From NCBI RefSeq assembly GCF_006345805.1, contig NC_043011.1:31260464-31324463 (forward strand): a stretch of 64,000 bases of DNA, given 5' to 3'. Shown here piece by piece: positions 1 through 13,597 of the stretch. The notes under the pieces were generated by a model that searched no databases, was not told the origin of the DNA, and was given only the letters and a program-made list of their open reading frames with translations. Both the position numbers and the translations under genes were made by a program. The stretch is from Octopus sinensis. Lineage: Eukaryota. Position 1 is the stretch's first letter. Each line of letters begins with the position of its first letter.

Positions 1-807
1 GACGAGTAAATTCGGCCTCGCCTAGTCCAGAGACAAGTTCTCCTGGAACCAATTAACGACGTAGGGTGACGTATGCCTGTATATATATATATAAATAATA
101 GTGTAATAAATAAAATATATGCATACATACATATATATATGTACGTACCTACATCTACATGTATATATACATGCATATATAAATATATATACGTGAGCAC
201 AGGACACCACAAATAGACGCAGAACTCAACGAGAACGAAAACGTAAAAACAAGCATGGAACGAAACTTTTTTTTACAAAGAAAAACAGAGTACTAGACAA
301 ACTACACAAGGAAAATTCCCCTTCATCAGCTGTCCCTAGTTCAACTCCAGCGTGTTTCGAAGGTGAGGACAGAACACGACTCGTCGAACTAGCCCTTCCT
401 GCGAAGAAATTAAAGGAAATTACTTCGCAGAGGGGTAAAAACAAGGAAAGAACAAAATGTGACACAAACAAGACGTAAAAACGATACAAATAAAATTACA
501 AAATAAAATACAAAATAAAATACAAAATAAAAATACAATTACAAAAAAATACAAGAAATAAAAACACACAAGAAAACAACCAAAGAGGGCCTTTTTTGCC
601 TAGACGAGGAGAGATTCAAGGAGCGCAAGAAAACCGTGTATGTATGTTTGTATGTATGTGTGTGTGTTACATACAGGTATGGCTGAGTAATAAGAAGTTT
701 GCTTCCCATCCACATATTTCCTGATTCAGTTCCAGTGCGTGACACCTTGGACACGTGTGCCTCGGTCCGACTAAAGCCTTGTGAGTGGATTTGGTAGACA
801 GAAACTG

Positions 808-827
808 AAAGAAGCCCGTCGTATATA

Positions 828-872
<45 letters not shown>

Positions 873-1151
873 TTACATTATATAATTAGGGCTTAGTAAA
901 ATAAATTACTTTGCCACATACTGAACTTAGTAGAAATAGCAGCCAAAAAAGTTTTTTTAGCCGTTTCTACTACTTAAAGAAAGTTTCTCTCAGATAATGT
1001 TTACATTAATGTAAACATTATCTGAGAGAAACTTTCTTTAAGTAGTAGAAACGGCTAAAAAAAACTTTTTTGGCTGCTATTTCTACTAAGTTCAGTATGT
1101 GGCAAAGTAATTTATTTTACTAAGCCCTAATTATATAATGTAATATATATA

Positions 1152-1230
<79 letters not shown>

Positions 1231-1386
1231 TATATACGACGGGCTTCTTTGTAAACATTATCTGAGAGAAACTTTCTTTAAGTAGTAGAAACGGCTAAAA
1301 AAAACTTTTTTGGCTGCTATTTCTACTAAGTTCAGTATGTGGCAAAGTAATTTATTTTACTAAGCCCTAATTATATAATGTAATAT
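808..1386. repeat. Spacer-less palindrome (centre 1007/1008) followed by a direct re-copy of one arm
   Basis: 808-1007 mirrors 1008-1250 apart from (TA)n length; 1251-1386 repeats 1011-1146. Confidence 0.92.
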
Positions 1387-1481
1387 TTTGAATTCGCCTT
1401 AAATGGTCCTTTTACATACTGAACACTTGGTGAAATTGATTGATTAATTAATTTTACCCTCAATTGTTGATATATATATAT

Positions 1482-1523
<42 letters not shown>

Positions 1524-2007
1524 AAATAAGAAAATGGAGGAATAGATTCCTTTCAATCATCAACTTACAGATAATACCAATTCATATAATTTATTAACTA
1601 ATTAAATAGGAACATCCAAATCCGACAGAATAAAACAATATACATCAATAAGGCAGTATATTGGATAACTGATATCCCATAGTGGGTTACACTCATTACC
1701 CCTATCTCACTTTGTTCTTATATAATATGTGTGTGTGTGTGTGTTTATGTGTCTCTGTTTGCCTCCACCAATATTGCTTGACAACCAATGCTTGTGCGCT
1801 TACGTCATCGTAACTTAGCGGTTCGGTGAAAGATATCGATAGAATATGCACTAGGCTGACAAAGAATAAGTCCTGGAGTCGATTTGCTCGACTAAAGGCG
1901 GTGCTCCAGCATGGCCACAGTCAAATGACCGAAACAAGTAAAAGAATAAAAGAATAAAAGTATATGTGTGTGCGTGTGTTTGTTTGTTTGTTTGTGTGTG
2001 TGTGTGT

Positions 2008-2043
<36 letters not shown>

Positions 2044-2169
2044 GTGTGTGTGTGTGTGTATGTGTGTGTGTGTGTGTGTGTGTCCCCTTGTGTCTTGTGT
2101 CTATGTTTGATTTAGGCACAAAGCCAATATTTTTAATGGCTGGTCAGTTACACGACACAAATGCTGGAT

Positions 2170-2942
2170 CTTTTCCTTTTGAACGGCAGATGTCAACACA
2201 ATTTCTAGTTAACTAAACACTTTTAAACTTCGTATACTGGTAGAATGTGTTTATAAAACATCATTTTTTCTTGGCTTTATTGAGAAAATTCTATAGTTTG
2301 TAAGATATTTCATCTGAAAATCCGAGCATTTCGGCAATTTTAACCAATCGATTACCTCCATTAAACTAAAATCCTTTGCTGCGTCTAAAACTGAGACAAC
2401 ATCCTGTAACTAACCCTAAACCTCCCCCTAACCCTAACCCTAATTTTTTTTCTTAATTGTTAAATTAATTTAATTGTTACGCGTGTAAAAAAAACCGAAA
2501 GCAATGGAAAATGTTTTAAACAATTAACAAACAAAATAATTCTATAATTTTATACACACGCTTTCCGTATACGTACGGAAAGCGTGTGTATAAAATTATA
2601 GAATTATTTTGTTTGTTAATTGTTTAAATCATTTTCCATTGCTTTTGTTGTTTTTTTTACACGCGTAACAATTAAGTTAATTTAAAAATTAATAAAAAAA
2701 AATTAGGGTTAGGTTTAGGTTGAGGGGTAGTGACAGGATGCTGTCTCAGTTTTAGACGCAGCAAATGATTTTAGCTCAAAAGAGAGCATAGGATTGGTTA
2801 AAATTCGAAAAATTAAACTACGTTAAACAAACAAATTACAATTTTCTCAAGAAAGCCAAGAGAAAAAAAAAACGTTTTATTTTGACACATTCTTTTAAAG
2901 TGTTTAGTTAACTAGAAATTGTCTGCCGTTCAAAAGGAAAAA
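2170..2942. mobile_element. ~770-bp fold-back (MITE- or Helentron-like) element with TTAGGG-like motifs
   Basis: Symmetry centre at 2570-2573 (ttccgta-tacg-tacggaa). Inner arms are near-perfect and outer arms diverged; aaccctaaccctaa / ttagggttagg occurs on both arms. Confidence 0.75.
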
Positions 2943-3029
2943 ATCCCAAATGCTCAATTGGTATTATTTTATCGGCCCCGGAACGGATAAAAGACAAAGT
3001 CCACGCCAACGATATTTGAACTCACAGTG

Positions 3030-3085
3030 TAATAATAATAATAATAATAATAATATAATAATAATAATAATAATAATAACAATAA

Positions 3086-3155
<70 letters not shown>

Positions 3156-3180
3156 CAACAACAACAGTATTAACAACAGC
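3030..3180. repeat. Compound trinucleotide microsatellite (AAT)(GTA)(AAT)(AAC)
   Basis: Directly visible; explains the poly-N/I/V/L ORFs. Confidence 0.95.
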
Positions 3181-5051
3181 AAATGATTCATCAATTTGAT
3201 TTAATAAGAAAACAAAGCGTGAAAAGAAAATTAGAATTCTAATTTACCGTAATTATGTCTCCAAGAATTAATGGTTCCAGAGATCGTGGGGTCTCTAGTG
3301 ACAGCTAACAGCACAACTCCATAATCTGGTGATAGAATGCAGGCCAGATACTTTTAAGTCGCTTTGTTTTAATCAGAAGTTCCTGAACAGGAAAGTAAGT
3401 GTATATCCTTGTATACTGAATCAATATTTGTCATCATCCTTTTTCAGTCGAGGTCATCTGTAAATAATTATTATTTACAGTTGATATTTTCTAACCAATT
3501 TCCTGTTTTGGACTTCAAACAGAAGTTAAAAAAAAAAAAGCTACCCGGAAAACATGGGTTGGGTAAAAAGAAAATATTCATTGACAATTGGCGTTAAAAA
3601 CTGTCATCCAGTTGAGATAAATTGATTAAAATGAAGTTTTCTCTAAGATATATCAAGAATTTGTTGGGGAAAAATACCCAAAAGCTAAAAAAAAAAAAAA
3701 GCAAAAATTAAAAACCCTCAAAACAACAAAAACTGACAGTCTTCCTTGATAGTTGAATATTTCCGAGTTCGAAAGATGAGATCATTCCAGACCCTCAGTC
3801 ATTCAGTGCGTTTGTTACGTGACCCATAACACATTGGGTAGGAAGGATACCATTTTTTCTTCTATTCTAGGCACAAGGCCCAAAATGTTGGGGGAGGGAG
3901 CCAGTCAATTAGATCGACTCCAGTACGCAACTAGTACTTATTTTATCGACTCCGAAAGGATGAAAGGCAAAGTCGACCTCAGCAGAATTTGAACTCAGAA
4001 CGTAAAGACAGACGAAATACCTATTTCTTTACTACCCACAAGGGGCTAAACACAAAAAGGACAAACAAGGACAGACAAACGGATTAAATCGATTATATCG
4101 ACCCCAGTGCGTAACTGATACTTATTTAATCGACTCCGAAAGGATGAAAAGCAAAGTCGACCTCGGCGGAATTTGAACTCAGAACGTAGCGGCAGGCGAA
4201 ATACCGCAAAGCATTTCGCCCAGTGTGCTAACGTTTCTGCCAGCTCGCCGCCTTACATTTTGACGTAACAATGTTTTCTTTGGAGTAAAAGAGTCAAAAT
4301 TTTCAGAATCTATTCAAATAAATTCCAGAAATAAAACAGTCGAATGAATCGATATATACTTTTCCATGACAGTTTGCATATCTACATAAGAACTAAGGCA
4401 CATTAAACTTGAGGTGTGTCGTGTTCGTAAGAAGAGTTTGATTCCCGGTTAGGATAATCTCTCTTCGTTATAATTTCTTCGTTTGTTCCCCCTTAAAATA
4501 TATCAGGTTTCATGTCTAGCTATAAGATATCTTCGTATATACCTTAGAGCACTTTAGAAATAGGGTGTAATTTCTTGCAAACCGAGTTAATTAGATGGTT
4601 TCGATTTCTCATTCTCATTGTTGTCTATCGATTACAACTTGCACTTCTTCGTGAACGATGACGGGTGCTCCATATATCTCGTTAACTATAAAATTTTTGT
4701 GTAATATTGTTCAATTTGATTATTAATTAATGTCTTTCAACGCTAATAATGCATGGTATGGCCGTTACGGCTTACATTCGGAATCAGCACGAAGAATATT
4801 CATTCGGAATCAGCTGTAGTCTCTTACGTGAAGAAGGCTGTGAGACATTAAAGTCACTCGATTAAATCAACCCAGGACTCTATTTTATCGATCCTGGGAA
4901 AGTGAAAGGCTAAGTTAACTTTGGCAGGATTAGAACGCAGAACACAAAGGGTTGAAAAAATAGTGCAAAGTATTTTGTTCGACACTTTAACGATTCTGTT
5001 AAAACACGACCTTGTTTCCTTGTTATAGATATAGCCCTTTACTGGAGTCAT

Positions 5052-5275
5052 TTACGAGGTGGGTACTGAAAAGTTCTTGGCTTTAAGGGTGTCACGAAAA
5101 GCTTGGTTGGAACGCAACTTTGCGAGGTCTTTTACGTGGCGTAGAAAAACTAAAGAACCACTGCAACTAGTGTGTAAATCTGAGAGGGTGATATGTTGAA
5201 TGAAATCATAATTAACTGACCCTTTTGTATTTTCTTTTACTCAAAACCAGGAACTTTTCAGCACACCCCCGCATG
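5052..5275 (+). mobile_element. Mariner-derived MITE
   Basis: Imperfect TIRs (tacgaggtgggtactgaaaagttc / gaacttttcagcacacccc); a related copy is inverted at 51328-51548. Confidence 0.7.
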
Positions 5276-6636
5276 GTTTTAGAAAGGGTATAAAACGTCA
5301 CAACTCTCAATCATTTTAGTGACGTCAGCGATTGAAAAATGTATATCTGTCGATATGTATTTTGATATATATCTAATACTTCTGGGCACGAAAGGCTCAG
5401 ATTTTGAGTTTAATTTAACTAGTGGACGGAGGGGTACAATGAATGTACGATAGTCGTGAAGAGATCAGGACAATAGAACATCGAACTACATAAATTATCG
5501 TATTTAGATGCGCATTATATTCTTCTGATTCGAATTCACGCTAGGTATGACTTTGCTTGTAATCGTTCTAGAATCTATTTAAAGAATTTTTAGTAATGTA
5601 TCGCGAACGATTTACTCTAACCGGAGGATTCTCTAGCAGTTAGTCGATAAAAAAAAATCATCAAACAAATTTAATTTAATACTAAAGGTTGGTCTTCATA
5701 TTGTTGATTGCCTGGGAAAAAATATGAAATACGTAAAATAAATGCTTTAGTTTTTGCTTCTGATCAATAGAACTAATTAAAAATATAACTCACAAGCAAA
5801 AAAGCTGAGTGGATAAAGAAGCATTTGCTCAATCTGTTCCTGGTTCAAGAAATTAAACTTCACGCAGATGTTTTGTAGTACTTCTGAGCAGAACGTTTAA
5901 TCAAACTCTGTGTCAACTCATCTAGTTTTCACCTGAAGAACCACCTGGAAGTGCTACCGCTTATCCAAAGAAGAGGTTATACCTCGTACACTTCAGTGAC
6001 GTAGCCAGTGCCGTCTTCAGACACGTGTACACTGAGCAGTTGCCCAGGGACCCAGCAGATCCCAGGGTCCTAATTCTAATCTATGTATGCAGTGATTTGC
6101 TGTTAATAAATAAATATTATAGGGCCCAGAGCCTTGATTTGCTTGAGGGCCTATAATACCGCTAAGACGGACCTAGGCGTAGCTGGAGTGCGTCTCGCCC
6201 GGAGAACCCTCCGAGATTGCCTCCCTACCGGAACCTATACGCATGAGACAATTGTATTCTCAGAGTACCTGCACAGTAGTTTTTATATTTAAGATCTTTT
6301 CTTATTGCCTTATGAATGGGTAATAGTATTTCTAAATTCACATAGAAGTGAAGAGTTAAATTTGTCTTCGGACTAGAGTCTGATGAGTCATCCGCGAGGC
6401 CACAGCCTTTGTGGATGCGAAACTCTATGATCAGACATTAACTTTAATACGTTACTGCTCTATACTGTAGTGTGCTTCTCTTTCGGATATATGATACATT
6501 GACGATATATATATATATATAAAGATAGATAAGGCCGGTTTATGGGATTGACTGGTCTTATCTATCTTTATACTATACTGCTCTATGACTTAGAGTGTGC
6601 TTCTTTTTCGGATTTATGATTTACCGACGATCCATG

Positions 6637-6667
<31 letters not shown>

Positions 6668-6685
6668 TGTGTGTGTGTGTGTGTT

Positions 6686-6747
<62 letters not shown>

Positions 6748-7269
6748 GAGGCGCAATGGCCCAGTGGTTAGGGCAGCGGATTCGGGGTCGTAGGATCGCG
6801 GTTTCGATTCCCAGACCGGGCGTTGTGAGTGTTTATTGAGCGAAAACACCTAACTCCGGCAGGGGATGGTGGCGATCCCTGCTGTACTCTTTCTCTGTAA
6901 ACTTTCTCTCACTCTTTCTTCTGTTGGCCTGCCCGCTTAGCCAGCGGGGTGGCGTCATTTGAAGGCTAAAACATTGCGAAGCGCATTGTGACCAGCGATG
7001 TGTAGCATCTGATAGCCTGGTCGGTCACGGTGATATATATACGTAACTTTATATTAAGGTGTGTTTCCAGCAGACAAAATGGATAAGGTGTTGCCCTAAG
7101 AGGATGGTGAAATAGGTGCGCTGGAACAGCACTCTAACTCACGGGGCACTTGTGGACAGTCATCTCCGTCCTGAATACTGTGAGCAGGGATATGGGCCGG
7201 TGGCCAAGAATGTCGGTGGTCTCCTCTATTACAGGCTCGACCATAAACATGAGGATGTTATTGCTCTCA

Positions 7270-8222
7270 CTTTTTAGTTTGCATGGAATTAACTAATTCC
7301 TTTCTTTACTGTTTAGCAGGTGTTGTCTGAGTGATACAATGCAACAGTCGAAGGCTTTTTGGACTGACCTTATGTTTCTACAACCATCACTTCGTCTCAA
7401 ATGGATCCTATCAGTGTCGCTGTTAATGTGGAAGTTGCCAGTGGTGGTTAGTACCCCTCCAGTTTTGTTGTCCAGGCTGCGTATCATGTCGAGTGTCCAG
7501 TCCAATATCCTAAATGTCGGTACTAGCACTGGCACTGCAAAACCATTGTGAGATATGGTCTTATTAAATGCAGGCAACTCTGACTTCCATATTTTCCGGA
7601 GTCCACAGGAATACTGTTTTATTATTCTGGCTTTAGTCACAACTCCGACGCATGCAACATTCTCATCGATTCCGAGATGCTTGTAGTTTTCTTCATTGGA
7701 GATAGAAGAGATAGACAATTCATTGATGTACATGTTCTCTATCTGGTCGACAATCTTTCCTTGGTTGACTATCATCCCTGAGCACTTATCTCGCCCAAAT
7801 TGCATTCCTATGTCTCGTGAGAATGTTGTAACTAGTTCTATTTGTCTCTCTATGTTGTTTATATTATCAGAATATAAATTTAGTCATCAACAGAAAATGT
7901 GTGGGTGACATTAATTTTATTCTTTCCTGCATATCCCAGCATGACGCCTTGTCATTTTGTTAACCGGGCTGACAAGGATTCATTGCCAGTACAAACAACA
8001 CTGCAGATAAATTATCACCTTGGATCATGCCTGTTGATAGCTTACTTCTGTTTGCAACAATAGATGTTGCTTTAGTAGTTGTCAACGATAACTGTGCGGA
8101 CTATGTTGTCGTTACACTTTCAATGACATTCCCGATAGCAGCTGGTGCTCTGGCAAGGTGTAGTGATTCTATCACCCATGAGTAAAGCACAGAGTAGAGC
8201 ACCTTCTTGTAGTCTATCTATA
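7270..8222 (-). mobile_element. R4/Dong-like (RLE-group) non-LTR retrotransposon RT fragment, decayed
   Basis: IDYKKVLYSVLYSWV (~8200), GDNLSAVLFVLAMNP, FSRDIGMQFGRDKC, YKHLGIDE, and IWKSELPAFNK...VPVL...DRIHLRRSDG (ORF 7293-7805). Confidence 0.8.
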
Positions 8223-8479
8223 TCGTTAAGAGATTACGGCGATGTTGTTTGGCTTCCTTAATGGCAGTTTTGAGAAAAAGGAGCTGATCAGCATAGCTCT
8301 AAACTCCTTTGAGTACAGGATATCACCAACGAGTGGTGATGTCCTGTACTTAATGTGTATTTTTAAAAATTTATAATCGAACGCTACACAGACTTGTCCA
8401 CAGTAAGTTCTTACATACACACACACGTATGTGTGTATATATGTATGTGTATATATATATATAATATATATATATAATA

Positions 8480-8522
<43 letters not shown>

Positions 8523-8523
8523 T

Positions 8524-8566
<43 letters not shown>

Positions 8567-8590
8567 TAATATATATATATAATATATATA

Positions 8591-8664
<74 letters not shown>

Positions 8665-10999
8665 GGAAAGTTTCAAGAACACTTTTTAAAATATTTTGCC
8701 ATGAGATTACGGCGGCGAGCTGGCAGAAACGTTAGCGCGCCGGGCGAAATGCTTAGCGGTATGTCGTCTGTCGTTACGTTCTGAGTTCAAATTCCGCCGA
8801 GGTCGATTTTGCCTTTCATCCTTTCGGGGTCGATAAATTTAGTACCAGTTACGCACTGGGGTCGATGTAATCCTTTGTCTGTCCTTGTTTGTCCCCTCTA
8901 TGTTTAGCCCCTTGTGGGCAGTAAAAAATTATATAGATAGATAGATAGAGAGAGAGAGAACACTTTTTAGAATATTTTGCCGTGAGATTACGGCGGCAAG
9001 CTGGCAGGTTCGTTAGCACGCCAGGCAAAATACTTAGCGGCATTTCCTCCGATTTTACGTTCTGTGTTCAAATTCCACCGTGGTCGACTTTGCTTTTCAT
9101 CCTCTCGGAGTTGGGGAAGGGGGGGTGTTTGCTGTCATCGACTTGCCCTCCCTCATACAAACTGGCTGGTCTTGCGCCAAAATTTGAAACCAATATTTTC
9201 TGTGAGATTAAATAAACTCCGGGTGCCCTACTTCTTCACAACAATGTTCGAACTTACATGGCTCTTGTATTAAATGAAGCTATACGTAAATGTTACTTTG
9301 AAAAGTTATATACATCGCTTCCAACAACAACAACAGCAACAGTGGAGGCACAATGGCCTAGTGGTTAGGGCAGCGGACTCGCGGTCGTAAGAACTTGGTT
9401 TCGATTCCCAGACCGGGCAGTGTGAGTGTTTATTGATCAAAAACACCTATGCTCCACGAGGCTCCGGCGGAGGGAGGTGGTGAACCCCGCTATATTCTTT
9501 CACCACAACTTTCTCTCACTCTTTCTTCCTACTTCTGTCACAAAGCAGAGGAACCATGGTGTAACCCACTATGGTGCGGTAAAACTTTCAGACCCTAGTC
9601 TAGATTGCGAATCCTCTGTACCCCAGGATGGTTCAGCTCTCCACCCGTTAAAAGCCACTGTTTACGAAATGAGGATAACAACGTAGCTTTCGCACCCGTG
9701 CAACCGCCAGTCTATCGCGTGTGGTGGGTGGATCTTCAAGTTGCCACACGCATTCTTAGTAGCTTAGAGTAGGCTCGAATTAGAGATTATTCTTTGTGGC
9801 TAATGGCGTGAGGTCCTGATTGGAAGAAGAAGAAGAAGAAGAGGAGGAGGAAGAAGAAGAAGACAACAAGAACAACCTAGTCACCAAACCCTGTTCCATG
9901 TGATTTTCACTTATTTCCAAATTTGAAGCACCTTTTGAAAGACGGCTAATTATCTTGTGATGAAGAACTGCATTCGGATACTGAACAGAGGTAAGTTAAA
10001 CAGGACAAAACAACTCTATTTACATGGCACTAAGCAATTAAAGCAGCTGTGCAGTCGATTTGAAAAATACATTATTGAAGTTAATGGGAATTTTGATGGT
10101 AAATAAAAGTATTTGCCGAAAAATAAATAAAAATAAAATGAAAATAACACAAAGCTATTCTTTCCTACCACGTCATTAAGTATATTGAATTCAGAACATA
10201 TGGAACATCTCCCGTACATTACTTGCAGTTAGAATATTTATTTTCATCCCTTTAGTTTGCAAGCACCAATCGTATTGTGATCAACTTTGCCTTCATTTAC
10301 CTCGGGTTTCATGATATAAGCATTAGTAATAAACTGGGAGGAGGCGCAATGGCCCAGAGGTTAGTGCAGCGGACTCGCGGTCGGAGGATCGCGGTTTCGA
10401 TTCCCAGACCGGGCGTTGTGTGTATGTTTATTGAGCGAAAGCACCTAAAGTTCCACGAGGCTCCGTCAGGGAGTGGTGGCGACCCCTGTTGTACTCTTTC
10501 GCCACAACTTTCTTTCTCACTCTTTCTTCCTGTTTCTTGAGTAACGCTGCGATCGATGGACTGGCGTCCCGTCCAGCTGGGGGGAACACATGCGCCATAG
10601 AAACCGGGAAACCGGGCCCATGAGCCTGGCTAGGCTTGAAAAGGGTGCAAAGAAGAATAAACTGGGAGGAAGTCAGTCATGCACTTAAACTAAGAGAAGT
10701 AATCATATAAAAATGAATAAATAAATGCTTTTGTGTTATTTATGTTTCACTACTCCAAGGAAAAAAAATATTATTGCGCATTTGGTTCCTGGAAAAAATT
10801 GACTTCTATAAAAATCAACATGTGTCATAAGATATCACAAAGGCAATGACAAATTGCGCATAGTTGACATCATCAAAAAATAACAGGACATGACCGTTCA
10901 TGTTAAGTGCATCTAACGTTCGGTAGGGACTGGTCATGATCACCTGTTCGCGTCGACATTCGCTGATTATTATTATTAATATTATTATTATTGGAGTAA

Positions 11000-11885
11000 A
11001 GGCGGCGAGCTGGCAGAAACGTTAGCACGCCGGGCGGTATTTCGTCTGCCGCTATGTTCTGAGTTCAAATTCCGCCGAGGTCAACTTTGCCTTTCATCCT
11101 TTCGGGGTCGATGAATTAAGTACCAGTTACGCACTGGGGTCGATGTAATCGACTTAATCCCTTTGTCTGTCCTTGTTTGTCCCCTCTATGTTTAGCCCCT
11201 TGTCGGCAATAAAGAAATAAGAAACGTTAGCACGCCGGGCGAAATGCTTAGTCGGCATTTCGTCAGTCGTTACGTTCTGAGTTCAAATTCCGTCGTGGTC
11301 TACTTTGCTTTCATCCTTTCGGGGTCGATAAGTTAAGTACCAATGAAACACTGGGATCGATATAATCAACAAGTCCCCTCCCACCAAAATGTCAAGCCTT
11401 GTGCCTTTCGTAGAAAGTATTATAATTATTATTAAGGCGGCAAGCCAGCAGAATCGTTTGCACGCTGGGCAAAATGCATAGCGATATTTCGTCCATATCT
11501 TACGTTCTGAGTTCAAATTCTGCCGAGACCGACTTTGCTTGTTATCCTTTCGGGGTCGGTAAAATAAGTACCAGTTGAACACTGGGGTCGATGTAATAGA
11601 CTTAACCCCTCCCCTGAAATTGCTGGCCTTGTACCAAAAATTGAGACAATTATTATTGTGGTAAAGGCGACTAGTTGGCAGAATCGTTAGCACGCCGGAC
11701 AAAATGCTTAACAGCATTTCGTTCGTATCTATATTCTGAGTTCAAATTCTGCCGAGGTCGACTTTGCCTTTCATCCTTTCGGGGTCAATAAAATAAAGTA
11801 GTAGCTGAGCACTGGGGTCGATGTAATCGACTAGCCCCCACCCACGAAATTTCAGGCCTTGTGTCTATAACAGAAAAGATTGTTA
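11000..11885 (+). mobile_element. Cluster of Meta-domain-like SINEs (family A), >=4 tandem or partial copies
   Basis: Repeated ggcggcgagctggcagaa...gagttcaaattccgccgaggtcgactttgcctttcatcctttcggggtcgat, separated by (TTA)n. Confidence 0.85.
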
Positions 11886-13159
11886 TTATTATTATTGTAG
11901 TAGTAGTAGTAGTAGTAGTTGTTGTTGTTGTTGTTTGGATTTAAGTTAGTATTGATGGAACAGATTAATGGTTAAAGCATTCCAGCCAGAATTAGTTCAC
12001 TTTTTTTTTATTACCCCAAGCTGTGTGGTTAAGAAGCTCGCCTTACAGTCATATGGTATCGGGTTCAATCCCACTGCAAGGCATCTTGAGCAAATGTCTC
12101 CTACTATAGCCTCTGGCCGACCAATGTCTTGTGAGTGAATTTGGTAGACGGAAACTGTGTGGAAGCCCATTGTATACATGTATATATATATATGTGTGTG
12201 TGTGTGTGTGCCTTTGTGTCTGTATTTGTTTCCTCGCCACCACACAGCATTACAACTGGTGTTGGTTTGTTTACTTTCCTGTAATGTAGCAACTCGCCAA
12301 GATGGCTTACCGCACTTTAAAATAAGTACTGGGGTCGATTTTCGACTGAAATCCCTCCAAGCGGTGCCACAGTTCAATGAGTGAAACAAGTACAGAGAAA
12401 AAGAAGAAAAGCATTGTATAACCCTGGGATACTACATTCCACCCCACCCCCCGCCTCCGTCCCCCAACATATCCATTTTTAAAAGATAACAGGATGTAAT
12501 TTGGAGGAGGAGGCGTAATGGCCCAGTGGTTAGGGCAGAGGTCTCGTGGTTGGAGGATCGTTTATTGTGTGTTTATTGAGCGAAAACACCTAAAGCTCCA
12601 CGAGGCTCCGGCAGGGAGTGGTGGCGATCCCTGTTGTACTCTTTCGCCTCAACTTTCTCTCACCCTCTCTTGAGTAACGTCCCGCCCAGCTGGGGGGAAC
12701 ACATACGCCACAGAAACCGGGAAACCGGGCCCATGAGCCTGACTAGGCTTGAAAAGGGCGCATAAATAAAAAAAAAAGGATGTAATTTCTAGCAGGGGAA
12801 GCAACCCAGTAGAGAGCCTCTCGTCAGCTCGTTGATCGCAGTAGTCGAACGAGTAGCCGGTCATTTGTGATCGGTTTCACTTTACCCGACTTTACAAACC
12901 GAATAATGTCTACTTATGAATATAAAGAGATTTGATAAAAGGCAATATTGGAATTAAATTTCTCTGTAATGGGATGGCTGTAGGCTGGTCAGTGCGGTGT
13001 TGTCTGTTCGCCGTCCTTTTGATACCAACTCGCCTGAGACCGACCTGCGTTGGATTTCAGGCGAGTGATCGAAATGGTGGGTATGCAAGAATATTTAATA
13101 TTATATATCTCCCCGCCTAAGAAAAAAAAAAGAAAGAAAGAAAAACAGAAAAATCCTTT

Positions 13160-13565
13160 CTACTATAGGCACAAGGCTGAAATTTTGAAACTAGTCGATT
13201 ACATCGACTCCAGTGTTTCACTGGTATTTAATTTACCGACCCCGAAAGGCAAAGTGGACCTCGACAGAATTTGAACTCAAATAGTGCAAGCCGACGAAAT
13301 GCTGCTAAGCATTTCGCCCGGCGTGCTAACGATTCTGCCAGCTCGCCGCCTTAATGATAATAAAGGCACAAGGCCTGAAATTTTGGGGGAGGGGTTAAGT
13401 AGATTACATCGATCCCAATACTCAACTGGTACTTAATTTATCGACCCCGAAAGGATGAAAGGCAAAGTCGACCTTGGCGGAATTTGAACTTTGAACGTGC
13501 ATACAGGTGAAATGCCGCTAAGCATTTCGCCCGGCGTCCTAATGATTCTGCCAGCTCGCCACCTA

Positions 13566-13597
<32 letters not shown>

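Noticed and set aside
598-640. CTAGACGA...GAAAAC motif
   Set aside because: Core spacing is non-canonical and there are no closing helices.
1018-1060. CTGAGAGA...GAAAC within the palindrome arm
   Set aside because: The core has the wrong length and there is no helix I partner.
2410-2445. TAACCC runs as an interstitial telomere
   Set aside because: Only 2-3 units, embedded symmetrically in a fold-back element.
6745-6820. tRNA-like sequences (also 9343, 10337, 24340, 44425, 50845)
   Set aside because: They are SINE heads with A/B boxes, followed by SINE bodies, and lack a complete cloverleaf.
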